Positions 8,052-16,805 of a stretch of DNA of 54,917 bases are shown piece by piece. The stretch covers positions 38,252-93,168 of the forward strand of contig JBBTSO010000002.1 of NCBI GenBank assembly GCA_038064695.1. The letters are read 5' to 3'. This DNA comes from Patescibacteria group bacterium. Its GTDB lineage: Bacteria; Patescibacteriota; Minisyncoccia; Phycocordibacterales; Phycocordibacteraceae. Every line of letters begins with the position of its first letter. The stretch's first letter is position 1. The translations under genes were made by a program, and so were the position numbers. The notes under the pieces were generated by a model that worked only from the letters and a program-made list of their open reading frames with translations, ran no database searches and had not been told where the DNA came from.

Positions 8052-8926
8052 ATACCTGTGTTTCGTGCAGCGACAATACCTGATTCTATAATACTTCGCA
8101 AGTCTTCATACGTCTCTAGCTCACGAAAATCATCTTCATGAAACCAATTCGCATCAGAAACCGTATGGCCATGCGAAACGCGCAGTGTTTCTTTAGGAGC
8201 GTACGCGAGGAAGTACCCCACGCGGCGCACCACGTTTGCCTCTTTCGGGTCATGTGCCTGGTACTCATGTTCCGCAAGTGGCGCCTGAATGCTCACCGTT
8301 CCCAGTCCAAGTTCTTCGCGCGCGGCGCGAAGCGCCGCGCTGTCGGAGAGTTCACCCTCCTTAAGATGCACTTTGGGCAACGTCCACTTTCCAAAGAGGT
8401 CTTTCACGAGCGCCACGAACACTCCGTCGTCTTCCACCGCGCACACCACCACGCCTGCTAGAAATTCTTTTTCTTTTCGCTTGGGCGCTTCCTCGCGGCG
8501 CGGGCTCCCAAGCTCTTTATACACGCTTCCTAAAACACCGTTGACGAACCTGCTGGACGACTCGCTACCGAATGTTTTGGCAAGCTCTATTGCTTCGTTT
8601 AATGCCACTTTGGGAGGGACTGATTTGGTGTCGCCAAAGAGCAACTCAAAGAGCCCAATGCGAAGAATGTTGCGGTCAATAGGGGCAATTTTGGGGAGTG
8701 GCCATTGAGGCGCCATACGCTCCAGGACTGCGTCTATTTCGTCTCGCTTGGAAGCAATACCGCGAATGAGCGTATCGGTAAAGGGTTGATCTTCGTCATC
8801 GCGACTAATAGACGCGCTATTTTTTTGCAAAGAGGTGGTGATGGCTTCAAAAGAGAGGTCGCCCAGGATGTCTGAGGAAAAGAGCGCCTGGAGCGTGCTG
8901 ATGCGTGAGAGGTGTCGTGAGGCCAT
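8048..8926 (-). CDS. nusB: NusB-like antitermination domain fused to a Nudix hydrolase domain
   Basis: N-terminal ~150 aa are NusB-like (RISTLQALFS..., IDRNILRIGLFELLF, ALNEAIELAKTFG, FVNGVLG). A KR-rich linker follows. The C-terminal domain carries a Nudix box GE-x7-RAAREELGL in which the usual RE reads RA. ATG at 8926 preferred over the TTG at 8938. Confidence 0.75.
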   Translation of the reverse strand: MASRHLSRISTLQALFSSDILGDLSFEAITTSLQKNSASISRDDEDQPFTDTLIRGIASKRDEIDAVLERMAPQWPLPKIAPIDRNILRIGLFELLFGDTKSVPPKVALNEAIELAKTFGSESSSRFVNGVLGSVYKELGSPRREEAPKRKEKEFLAGVVVCAVEDDGVFVALVKDLFGKWTLPKVHLKEGELSDSAALRAAREELGLGTVSIQAPLAEHEYQAHDPKEANVVRRVGYFLAYAPKETLRVSHGHTVSDANWFHEDDFRELETYEDLRSIIESGIVAARNTGI

Positions 8927-9003
8927 ATAAAAGAACAACGTGAAGGTTCTAGCTTTTAGCTTACAGGCTTTAGACTAAAAAAACAACGTAGAAAACGTCA
9001 CTC

Positions 9004-9261
9004 TTATCTAAACGTACGTTTCAAGAGAGCATATCCAAATGAACCCGTGGTTGCAGTAGTGAGAAAAAACAGTGCTGAATGTGATCTTATGTCACCCAAA
9101 GAAGTTTTTTCTCCTCCCGTTAAATCAAGTGGTAAGGGAGCATTACGAGTAAAAAAATGTGTATATTCAAGTTCACCATCCCAAAAGTCGATACCCATTA
9201 ACAACGAGTCGATTGCTGCAACCACGGCAGCTATACCAACTACTGCTGGAAACACTTTCAT
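9004..9261 (-). CDS. hypothetical membrane/secreted protein (85 aa)
   Basis: Hydrophobic N-terminus MKVFPAVVGIAAVVAAIDSLL. Lies 6 nt downstream of rpmF. Confidence 0.45.
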   Translation of the reverse strand: MKVFPAVVGIAAVVAAIDSLLMGIDFWDGELEYTHFFTRNAPLPLDLTGGEKTSLGDIRSHSALFFLTTATTGSFGYALLKRTFR

Positions 9262-9267
9262 ACTATG

Positions 9268-9534
9268 CTACTTTTTCTCAGATTTTTTGACTTTTGCAGA
9301 TTTTTCTTTTTTCTCTTTCTTTTTCTCGTCACTCTTCACTGGTTTGCTCTTCACTGGTTTTTTTGTTTTATCCATCACTGAGCGTCCGCGGTACGGGGTG
9401 CCGTCTAGGAGTGCCTTGTGGCGTGGGTGTACGGAACCACCATCTTTTGATACTGAAAGGCGCGCACCGTTAAGGGCGTGGTGGCTTCTGCGATTTCGTG
9501 TGTGAGCGCGGGTTGCGCGCATTCGAACTACCAT
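9268..9534 (-). CDS. rpmF: 50S ribosomal protein L32 (bL32), Cys-less form with a Lys-rich C-terminal extension
   Basis: MVVRMRATRAHTRNRRSHHAL...YRGRSVMD matches the L32 pattern, but the zinc-ribbon cysteines are absent. A K-rich tail of about 30 aa follows. Confidence 0.8.
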   Translation of the reverse strand: MVVRMRATRAHTRNRRSHHALNGARLSVSKDGGSVHPRHKALLDGTPYRGRSVMDKTKKPVKSKPVKSDEKKKEKKEKSAKVKKSEKK

Positions 9535-9542
9535 AGAAAGAA

Positions 9543-9571
9543 AGTATAGCGTATAGAGTATTAAGTATCAA
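9543..9571 (-). promoter_or_regulatory. rpmF promoter TTGATA-17-TATACT, 8 nt upstream of the ATG
   Basis: Minus strand: TTGATA (9571..9566), 17 nt, TATACT (9548..9543), 8 nt, ATG at 9534. Confidence 0.5.
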
Positions 9572-9640
9572 GCAGAGAAACGGCACGTACCGTAACCCTT
9601 CTCTTACCAAAATACTCAATACAGAATACTGGATACTGAT

Positions 9641-10015
9641 TTATTTCCCCATCTCTTTTATAAAACTATCCAACACACTTTCAGTTGCATCACCCAAGTC
9701 TTGAAGAAGGTCTTCCGGTTTAAACGAGTCACGGAAAAACATGGCTACGTCAGCGAGGTTTGGCTCCACGGTCATATTTTGGGTTAATTCTGAAAGACGG
9801 TCTTTTTGGTCGTCATTCATCTTCGCGCCAAGGCGTACCATAAGGTCAGCCGCAATGGCTTCCATCAAGTTCTGCTCTACTTGCTTGCGTTCATCTTCAG
9901 GAACTTTGAGCTCGTTCAACACCTCGTCAACCCGTCCGTAGAGATTCATTACGCGCCCTGCTAGGTTAGGGTCCATCTGTGGTGCCTGGCCGTTTGTTGG
10001 CTGAATGTCGTTCAT
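9641..10015 (-). CDS. hypothetical acidic protein (124 aa)
   Basis: Good ATG ORF in an operon with the small membrane ORFs upstream. No motif that I recognise. Confidence 0.5.
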   Translation of the reverse strand: MNDIQPTNGQAPQMDPNLAGRVMNLYGRVDEVLNELKVPEDERKQVEQNLMEAIAADLMVRLGAKMNDDQKDRLSELTQNMTVEPNLADVAMFFRDSFKPEDLLQDLGDATESVLDSFIKEMGK

Positions 10016-10029
10016 AAACCAATACTATA

Positions 10030-10239
10030 CTACGTTGAAATTCCTTTTCCAGTGATACCACAAATAAGCGTAGGTAGCCCAACAACCGCCATGACTGAAT
10101 ATCCGATTGCATCGTCAACTCCACTTTCAGTTTCCATGCCAAGAACGGCAAATAACCCGACAGCAATTGCAGCAGAACCTAAAACAGATAAGTTCAAAGA
10201 ACCTCGCGTGTGTGTAAAAATTCTATCAATTGATTTCAT
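10030..10239 (-). CDS. hypothetical small membrane protein (69 aa, two hydrophobic segments)
   Basis: Hydrophobic segments LNLSVLGSAAIAVGLFAVLG and YSVMAVVGLPTLICGITG. Confidence 0.45.
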   Translation of the reverse strand: MKSIDRIFTHTRGSLNLSVLGSAAIAVGLFAVLGMETESGVDDAIGYSVMAVVGLPTLICGITGKGIST

Positions 10240-10262
10240 AAATTATTCTTTACACTATACCT

Positions 10263-10466
10263 CTAAAAATCGGGGCGCTTATGATTTTTCAACCACTCAT
10301 TAGTAGCATCTGGTTCAGGAACATCTGGAATGTTTGAGAGTGGAGATTCAATGATGTAGGTTGATAAAACATAGCATGCCGCAGCTACAATGACAGCAGA
10401 AATTCCAGCCCAGCGAGCCGCTGACGCGACATTTGCTTCTATATTTATTGTTCCAGGAAATGTCAT
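10263..10466 (-). CDS. hypothetical small membrane protein (67 aa)
   Basis: One TM segment: AARWAGISAVIVAAACYVLSTYII. Confidence 0.45.
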   Translation of the reverse strand: MTFPGTINIEANVASAARWAGISAVIVAAACYVLSTYIIESPLSNIPDVPEPDATNEWLKNHKRPDF

Positions 10467-10485
10467 AAAATAACTAATTAAAATT

Positions 10486-10608
10486 TTAAATTAAATCCCA
10501 CGTAAAAAGACTTAAAAACATTTCGCGTTCTTGAATGGTTTCGTTTACATCACCCAAAAATGCCATAACGCCTACCGAAGCGACTGCCGCAGCTAAAAGA
10601 TACTTCAT
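10486..10608 (-). CDS. small signal-peptide-bearing ORF (40 aa), hypothetical
   Basis: Below the ORF-track cutoff. Translation: MKYLLAAAVASVGVMAFLGDVNETIQEREMFLSLFTWDLI. Preceded by a consensus TTGACA-17-TACAAT-6-ATG promoter. Confidence 0.45.
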   Translation of the reverse strand: MKYLLAAAVASVGVMAFLGDVNETIQEREMFLSLFTWDLI

Positions 10609-10614
10609 GCAAGT

Positions 10615-10643
10615 ATTGTATCACTTTATTATGTTTTTGTCAA
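10615..10643 (-). promoter_or_regulatory. promoter TTGACA-17-TACAAT, 6 nt upstream of the ATG at 10608
   Basis: Minus strand: TTGACA (10643..10638, overlapping the rnhB stop), 17 nt, TACAAT (10620..10615). Confidence 0.55.
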
Positions 10644-11275
10644 GTTATAAAGGTAGTGCGGTGGAGCGCGCAGGGACCGTGTGCCTTTATGGCCTGATAG
10701 TGTGATTTTGTACCATAGCCCTTATGCTTTTCAAACCCATACTGAGGAAAGCGGGTGGATAAATGATGCATTTCCCTATCGCGCGCTGTCTTTGCCATAA
10801 TGCCTGCCAAAGTGATGGGAAGTTCGGTTTCGTCTCCACGAATAATAGTTTGTTGATGTAGAAACGCACTCGGCGCTTTCAATGACCCGTCCAAAAAAAC
10901 ATTGGTGCGAGCGGGTGGCGCGTCAACAGCAGCGAGCGCACGAGTGAGTGCTACCCGTATCGCGTTCACAATTCCGAAACGGTCAATATACTCTGACGAT
11001 GAAAACTGTACTGAGTACCGTATAAAATTTTTCTGCACCGCTTCATTTACACGGCTCTCAAAATACTCACGTTTCTTTTCACTCAACTGTTTTGAGTCCC
11101 GAACGCCGTCAAAAAATGTTCTATCGGGTGGTACTAAAAAAAGAACTGCCGCAACCGCAACAGGGCCCGCAATTGGCCCCCTTCCTGCTTCGTCAATGCC
11201 AACAACGAAGGTGCTAGTGGATAGTGGATAGTGATTAGCATGAACGTGAGAACGCATACCTAAAGTATAGGGCAT
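10640..11275 (-). CDS. rnhB: ribonuclease HII
   Basis: VVGIDEAGRGPIAGPVAVAAV catalytic motif, and DSKQLS. The start is ambiguous: ATG at 11275 or 11257, or TTG at 11284. Confidence 0.88.
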   Translation of the reverse strand: MPYTLGMRSHVHANHYPLSTSTFVVGIDEAGRGPIAGPVAVAAVLFLVPPDRTFFDGVRDSKQLSEKKREYFESRVNEAVQKNFIRYSVQFSSSEYIDRFGIVNAIRVALTRALAAVDAPPARTNVFLDGSLKAPSAFLHQQTIIRGDETELPITLAGIMAKTARDREMHHLSTRFPQYGFEKHKGYGTKSHYQAIKAHGPCALHRTTFIT

Positions 11276-11305
11276 GCAAAGCAAGGAGCGATGTTTTGAA
11301 AAGTG

Positions 11306-11485
11306 TTATTCTCCTCCTCTTTCCCATGGAAGACGTCCGTCTTTCCGGGTAAAATACCACATTCCTAAACCAAAAAGGACGGCAGCGAAAGGTACACCAA
11401 AGAGAACAGCTACATCATTGGTCATACCCATGTGTGCAAGTGCATATTCATTTTCTGTGTCTAGTTTTTCAGTTTCAATAGCCAT
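11306..11485 (-). CDS. hypothetical small membrane protein (59 aa from the ATG at 11485; 76 aa if the GTG at 11536 is used)
   Basis: TM segment VAVLFGVPFAAVLFGLGMWYF. A TATACC hexamer lies 8 nt upstream of the internal ATG. Confidence 0.4.
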   Translation of the reverse strand: MAIETEKLDTENEYALAHMGMTNDVAVLFGVPFAAVLFGLGMWYFTRKDGRLPWERGGE

Positions 11486-11578
11486 GAAAACATGGTATAC
11501 CTCGCCTCCAAAAATGCAAACACCTCGTTGCACCACTCAATCCTAGTTCCTAACCACTAATTCGGCTAGAATGATGCT

Positions 11579-14500
11579 ATGACGCCCACTCACCTCTCTG
11601 CTCACTCTCACTATAGCTTATTGAATGGGCTCCCCAAGGTGGATGAGCTCGTGGCGCGCGCGCGCTCATACGGAATGGAGGCGCTCGCGTTAACCGACCA
11701 CAACAACCTCTACGGCGCGCTTGAGTTTTACAAAGCGTGTAAAGAAGAAGGAATAAAACCGCTCGTAGGTGTTGATATGGATTGTTCCGTTTCAGGAACG
11801 CCAGGGAGACTCATTCTACTTGCGCTCTCCGAGCGTGGGTACCGAGCACTTATTTCTCTCGTGTCTTCAGCGCACCTTGCGCACCCAAATGAAGCACCTC
11901 GCCTCGATTTAGATACGCACGCATCACCTGTAGACGACGTGGTAGCACTCATACCCGAAGAAACGCTACAAAACTCTGGAGAACTTTTCGTCAAAAGCGC
12001 GCGCGCGTATTTTGGAGATGAGCACGTCTACGCCAGACTCGGCTGGACCACGTCGCGCGAGGCGCGAAGTGCATTTGCCACACGTGCTCGCGCGCTGTCA
12101 CTCCCCTTAATCGCGGGAGACGACACGTATTACTTAGCACCCGAAGATGCTCCCGCGCGCGACGTGGTGCGTCGCATTGCCGACCCCAGCACCCCACGCG
12201 ATGAGGGAGACCGTACCTTCATTGAACCCTCTCTATTTGAAACACACTACCGTGATTTTCCTGAAGCGTTAGAAAACATGAATGCACTCGTGGCGCGCGC
12301 CACCGTTGAACTAAAGCTTGGCTCGTGGCTGTTCCCCCGCTTCCCCATACCCGAAGGAACAACGTATGAAGGTGAGCTCGCACGTCTCGCGAAAGAAGGG
12401 TTTGAAGCGAAGCAACTCCCCCACACCAAGGCAATTGAAGATCGTCTTGAATACGAACTCTCTATCATTAATGGTAAAGGATTCGCCCCCTACTTTCTTG
12501 CCGTTGCTGACCTTTTGAAATTCGCCCGGGAAAACGGCGTCCTTACCACCACCCGCGGGTCCGCCGCCGGTTCTCTTGTTTCCTACGTTACCGGCATTAC
12601 CACCATCAACCCTATTGAGTACGAACTTCCTTTTGAACGTTTCTTAAACCCTGAACGCCCTAAAGCGCCCGATATTGACATGGACTTTGCCGACGTGCAC
12701 CGCGACCGTATGCTCGCGTACGCAAAAACTCGATACGGGAGCGACCACGTGGCGCAAATAGGTACGTTTGGAACCATGATGGCGCGCGCGGCGGTCCGCG
12801 ACGTCGCGCGCGCTTTGGGGTACTCATACGGCATTGGCGATCGAATCGCGAAACTCATTCCGTTTGGAAGCCAGGGATTCCCTATGACCATTGAAAAAGC
12901 GCTTGAAATGGAAGAAGAACTCCGCTCGCTGTACCAGAGCGACGAAGACGCAGAAATTATTATCAACACGGCAAAGCGCGTTGAGGGGAACGCGCGCCAC
13001 ATTTCAATTCATGCAGCCGGCATTGTCATCGCGCCGTCTCCTGTTACCGACTACGTGCCCGTGCAATACGACCCCCACGGAAACGCCATCATCACGCAAT
13101 ACAACATGCACGCGGTGGAAGACGCCGGACTTTTGAAATTTGATTTCCTAGGGCTCACCGTACTTTCCATTCTCGGCGACGCGGTTACGCGCGTAAAAAA
13201 GAGAAAGAACATAGACATAGATATTGAAAATATTCCCCTGGATGACCCACACGTTTTTGCGATGCTTGGACGCGGGGAAACTGAGGGGCTCTTTCAACTC
13301 GGCGGCGGGGGAATGACTCGGTACCTAAAAGATCTGGAACCTACTTCCATACACGATATTAACGCCATGGTGGCGCTGTACCGCCCTGGTCCTATGGAAT
13401 CAATTCCTGCCTACATTGCACGCAAACGAAATCCCGCGCTCATTCACTACCTTGACCCACGCATGGAGAAAATTTTGGATCGCTCCTACGGCATCGTGAC
13501 CTACCAAGACGACGTGCTCTTGCTTGCGGTTGAACTCGCCGGGTACACGTGGCTTGAAGCCGACAACTTGCGTAAAGCAATGGGTAAAAAAATTCCCGCG
13601 GAAATGGAAGCGCAGAAAGAAAAATTTATTTCTGGTTGTATTCAAAAAGGAGGTATTACCCACGCCAACGCGCAGTCACTGTGGCGACTCATTGAACCAT
13701 TCGCCGCCTACGGATTTAACAAAGCGCACGCGGCGAGCTACGGAAAAGTCGCGTACCAAACCGCGTATATGAAAGCGCACCACGCGGCCGACTATATGGC
13801 CTCCGTGATGTCGGCGGACGCGGGCGCGGTAGATAAAATTTCAATTCACGTCGCTGAGTGCGCGCGTCTTGGCATTAAGGTGCTCCCACCTTCGGTTTCC
13901 GAATCAGACTGGACGTTCACGGTGGTTGACGATAAAAAAATTCGTTTCGGGTTGGACTCTATAAAAAACTTTGGCGAAGCTTCCGCGCGCGCCATCATTC
14001 TTGAGCGCGCGCGTGGCCCCTTCACCAGCGTGGGCGACTTTGCTTCACGCATCCCGTCAGGGGTACTCAATAAACGCGGTTTAGAAGCACTCATTAAAGC
14101 AGGGGCGCTTGACGTGTTCGGTGACCGCACCGATATGCTCGCGCACGGTGAAGAAATTCTCGCGGCACTGTCACCTAAAAAAACAACGGAAGAAAATCAG
14201 GGTGCGCTCTTCAGCATGGAGCACCGCGCGCCCACTATTGCTATTTCAGCAAACGACACCACTCCACTCACCGAAAAACTGGAGTGGGAAAAAGAGCTCC
14301 TCGGCATTTATGTTTCAGGGCATCCGGTAGACCCGTGCCAAGAAGCACTTGCCCCCTACCCTCACTCTATATTGAACGCACGTGAAGAAGACCGAAACGG
14401 ATTTTCCATTATTCTAGGCGGAGCCATAGAGCAGGTAAAAACGATTCTCACAAAAAAAGGCGAGCGTATGGCATTCATTACCATCGCGGACCGTGAAGCG

Positions 14501-14647
14501 TCTATTGAAGCAGTGGCGTTCCCCAAAGTATTTCAGGAGGCGCGCGACGCACTCAAAGTGGGGAGCTGCATTTTGGTAAAGGGAAAAGTTTCCCGACGAA
14601 ACGACGAGCCGTCAGTACTTATTGATAAAGTTAAAAAAATAAACTAA
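11579..14647 (+). CDS. dnaE: DNA polymerase III alpha subunit
   Basis: 1022 aa. PHP domain HLSAHSHYSLLNG...LALTDHNNLYG; polymerase core PDIDMDF and GLLKFDFLGL; C-terminal OB fold. TAGAAT lies 6 nt upstream of the ATG. Confidence 0.93.
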   Translation: MTPTHLSAHSHYSLLNGLPKVDELVARARSYGMEALALTDHNNLYGALEFYKACKEEGIKPLVGVDMDCSVSGTPGRLILLALSERGYRALISLVSSAHLAHPNEAPRLDLDTHASPVDDVVALIPEETLQNSGELFVKSARAYFGDEHVYARLGWTTSREARSAFATRARALSLPLIAGDDTYYLAPEDAPARDVVRRIADPSTPRDEGDRTFIEPSLFETHYRDFPEALENMNALVARATVELKLGSWLFPRFPIPEGTTYEGELARLAKEGFEAKQLPHTKAIEDRLEYELSIINGKGFAPYFLAVADLLKFARENGVLTTTRGSAAGSLVSYVTGITTINPIEYELPFERFLNPERPKAPDIDMDFADVHRDRMLAYAKTRYGSDHVAQIGTFGTMMARAAVRDVARALGYSYGIGDRIAKLIPFGSQGFPMTIEKALEMEEELRSLYQSDEDAEIIINTAKRVEGNARHISIHAAGIVIAPSPVTDYVPVQYDPHGNAIITQYNMHAVEDAGLLKFDFLGLTVLSILGDAVTRVKKRKNIDIDIENIPLDDPHVFAMLGRGETEGLFQLGGGGMTRYLKDLEPTSIHDINAMVALYRPGPMESIPAYIARKRNPALIHYLDPRMEKILDRSYGIVTYQDDVLLLAVELAGYTWLEADNLRKAMGKKIPAEMEAQKEKFISGCIQKGGITHANAQSLWRLIEPFAAYGFNKAHAASYGKVAYQTAYMKAHHAADYMASVMSADAGAVDKISIHVAECARLGIKVLPPSVSESDWTFTVVDDKKIRFGLDSIKNFGEASARAIILERARGPFTSVGDFASRIPSGVLNKRGLEALIKAGALDVFGDRTDMLAHGEEILAALSPKKTTEENQGALFSMEHRAPTIAISANDTTPLTEKLEWEKELLGIYVSGHPVDPCQEALAPYPHSILNAREEDRNGFSIILGGAIEQVKTILTKKGERMAFITIADREASIEAVAFPKVFQEARDALKVGSCILVKGKVSRRNDEPSVLIDKVKKIN

Positions 14648-14650
14648 AAA

Positions 14651-14935
14651 CTAATTTCCACCGAGACACCGGCCAATACACATCCAATACTGTTGTGAGT
14701 CTTCTTCGAAGCCGGCGTTCACGCACTGTGTGTGACATACCTTTGCCTGATCCCACGCGTACGCTTTGCCATCGTTTTCCTGATCTTCTTCGTCATCATC
14801 TTCTTCGTCATCGTATTCATAGTCTATGTCAGATGACGACGATACCATGACGGTTGTGAGAAACGCGCCAAGAATTAACAGTATCGTTATGTTTCTTACA
14901 CTCCACAATGAATCACCCCGTATCACTTCGCTCAT
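14651..14935 (-). CDS. small secreted/anchored acidic protein with a twin CX3C motif (94 aa)
   Basis: N-terminal TM segment (ITILLILGAFLTTVMV), a D/E run (YEYDDEEDDDEEDQEND), then C-HTQ-C ... C-IGR-C. TATAGT lies 8 nt upstream of the ATG. Confidence 0.5.
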   Translation of the reverse strand: MSEVIRGDSLWSVRNITILLILGAFLTTVMVSSSSDIDYEYDDEEDDDEEDQENDGKAYAWDQAKVCHTQCVNAGFEEDSQQYWMCIGRCLGGN

Positions 14936-15008
14936 AAAAGGAAACTATAACAACCTAGAAACAATGTCAAATGCGTATTGAATTCGTCGCTGTGGTATGA
15001 TTTTTCTT

Positions 15009-16748
15009 ATGTCTGACAACCTGGAACATAAACGCCATACCCTTGCCCACCTCTTGGCTGCTGCCGTGATGGAGCTCTACCCGGACACGAAGCGTACTAT
15101 TGGTCCCGCTATTGATAACGGTTTCTACTTTGATTTTGAATTTTCAAAACCAATTTCAGAAAATGACTTCCCCGCTCTTGAGAAAAAGATGCGAGAAATC
15201 TTACCTTCGTGGACTTCGTTTGAGCACTCAGAATTGACTGCAGAAAATGCAAAAAAAGAATATCCTGGAAATCAGTACAAACACGAGCTCATAGATGAGT
15301 TCACAGCGGACGGTTCAAAAGTTTCATTTTATAAATCAGGCGACTACTCCGACCTCTGCCGTGGAGGGCACGTAGACAACCCCGCAAAAGAAATCGCGCC
15401 CGATTCATTTAAACTTGACCGTATTGCGGGCGCCTACTGGCGTGGGAGCGAAAAAAATACGCAACTCACCCGCATCTACGGACTTGCGTTTGACACCAAA
15501 GCAGAGCTCGATACATACCTTCTTCAGCGTGAGGAAGCAAAGGCACGTGACCATCGAAAGTTAGCAAAAGAGATGGACCTACTCGTTTTTTCAGACCTGG
15601 TTGGTTCAGGCATGCCCCTTTTTACTCCAAAAGGAAACGTCATCCGTTCACAAATTATTCAATTTTCCCGCGAACTCAACAACGAACTCGGGTTTGGCGA
15701 AGTTCATACACCCAATATAAATAAAGGTGAACTCTTTAAAGTGTCTGGACACTACGATCAGTACAAAGAAGATATGCTACAAGCGAAGTCGCAGTACGTT
15801 GAGGATGAGATGTTTATGAAGCCAATGAACTGTCCGCAGCATACCCAAATTTATGCGTCGCGTCCGCGCAGTTACCGTGATCTTCCGCTCCGCTACGCTG
15901 ACTTTGCCGTACTCTACCGAGATGAGCGTCCAGGGGAACTGTCAGGTCTCACCCGCCTCAGAGCTTTTTCGCAAGACGATGGACACATTTTTTGCCGTGA
16001 AGATCAAATAAAAGAGGAAATGTCAGCAGTACTTGGAGTAATCCAAAAAGCGCTCAAAACATACAACATTAGTTACTGGATGCGTCTCTCACTCAGAGAC
16101 CCACAGAAAAAAGATAAATACTTAGGTGATGATTCAACGTGGGAACAATCGCAAGACATAATGCGTTCTCTGCTACAAGAAAAAAACATTGAGTTTAAGG
16201 AAGCAGAGGGAGAGGCCGCTTTTTACGGGCCAAAAATTGACATTATGGCGGTAGACGCCCTTAACAGAACGTGGCAAATTTCCACGGTTCAACTGGATCT
16301 CAATATGCCAAAACGATTTGGATTGGTGTATACCGACTCAGATGGGACCGAAAAACATCCCGTTATGATTCACCGCGCATTAATTGGATCCCCCGACCGT
16401 TTTATGGGAATCCTCATCGAACACTACGCAGGTGCGTTTCCGCTTTGGCTCTCACCAGTGCAGGTAAAAGTACTTCCCGTTTCTGAAAAGCAAAACGACT
16501 ATGCACAAGGAGTATATAAACAACTAAAAGACGCGGGCATTCGCGCAGAACTTGATGATAATAACGAGTCTCTTGGTAAAAAAATTAGACAGGCAAAGGT
16601 GGAGAAAGTTCCCTACTTCTTCGTGATTGGTGACAAAGAGGTTGAAGCGGAGGCAGTAACGGTTGAGGGTCGCGATGGAAATGAGGGGATACAAAAACTT
16701 TCTACGGTTATAGATACCCTATTAGATAAAATAAAAAACCGAAGTTAG
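15009..16748 (+). CDS. thrS: threonyl-tRNA synthetase lacking the N-terminal TGS domain
   Basis: It begins directly with the editing/SAD-type HTLAHLLAAAV motif, followed by a class II core and an anticodon-binding domain. The start is moved to the ATG at 15009, because the ATG at 14997 lies inside the extended -10 TGgTATGAT (14993..15001). Confidence 0.9.
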   Translation: MSDNLEHKRHTLAHLLAAAVMELYPDTKRTIGPAIDNGFYFDFEFSKPISENDFPALEKKMREILPSWTSFEHSELTAENAKKEYPGNQYKHELIDEFTADGSKVSFYKSGDYSDLCRGGHVDNPAKEIAPDSFKLDRIAGAYWRGSEKNTQLTRIYGLAFDTKAELDTYLLQREEAKARDHRKLAKEMDLLVFSDLVGSGMPLFTPKGNVIRSQIIQFSRELNNELGFGEVHTPNINKGELFKVSGHYDQYKEDMLQAKSQYVEDEMFMKPMNCPQHTQIYASRPRSYRDLPLRYADFAVLYRDERPGELSGLTRLRAFSQDDGHIFCREDQIKEEMSAVLGVIQKALKTYNISYWMRLSLRDPQKKDKYLGDDSTWEQSQDIMRSLLQEKNIEFKEAEGEAAFYGPKIDIMAVDALNRTWQISTVQLDLNMPKRFGLVYTDSDGTEKHPVMIHRALIGSPDRFMGILIEHYAGAFPLWLSPVQVKVLPVSEKQNDYAQGVYKQLKDAGIRAELDDNNESLGKKIRQAKVEKVPYFFVIGDKEVEAEAVTVEGRDGNEGIQKLSTVIDTLLDKIKNRS

Positions 16749-16761
16749 ACTACTCAATAAT

Positions 16762-16794
16762 AAAATCCCCGGACATCCGATGTCCGGGGATTTT
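16762..16794. terminator. bidirectional intrinsic terminator between the convergent thrS and adhesin genes
   Basis: Near-perfect palindrome AAAATCCCCGGACAT-CCG-ATGTCCGGGGATTTT. A-run and T-run flanks give a U-tract on both strands. Confidence 0.8.
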
Positions 16795-16805
16795 TATGAT
16801 AGGTT

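Noticed and set aside
14936-15008. T-box leaders upstream of thrS, and upstream of pheS at 25499-25613.
   Set aside because: The upstream regions are about 60 and about 115 nt, and the -10 boxes lie close to the starts. That leaves no room for a ~200-nt T-box with specifier and antiterminator.
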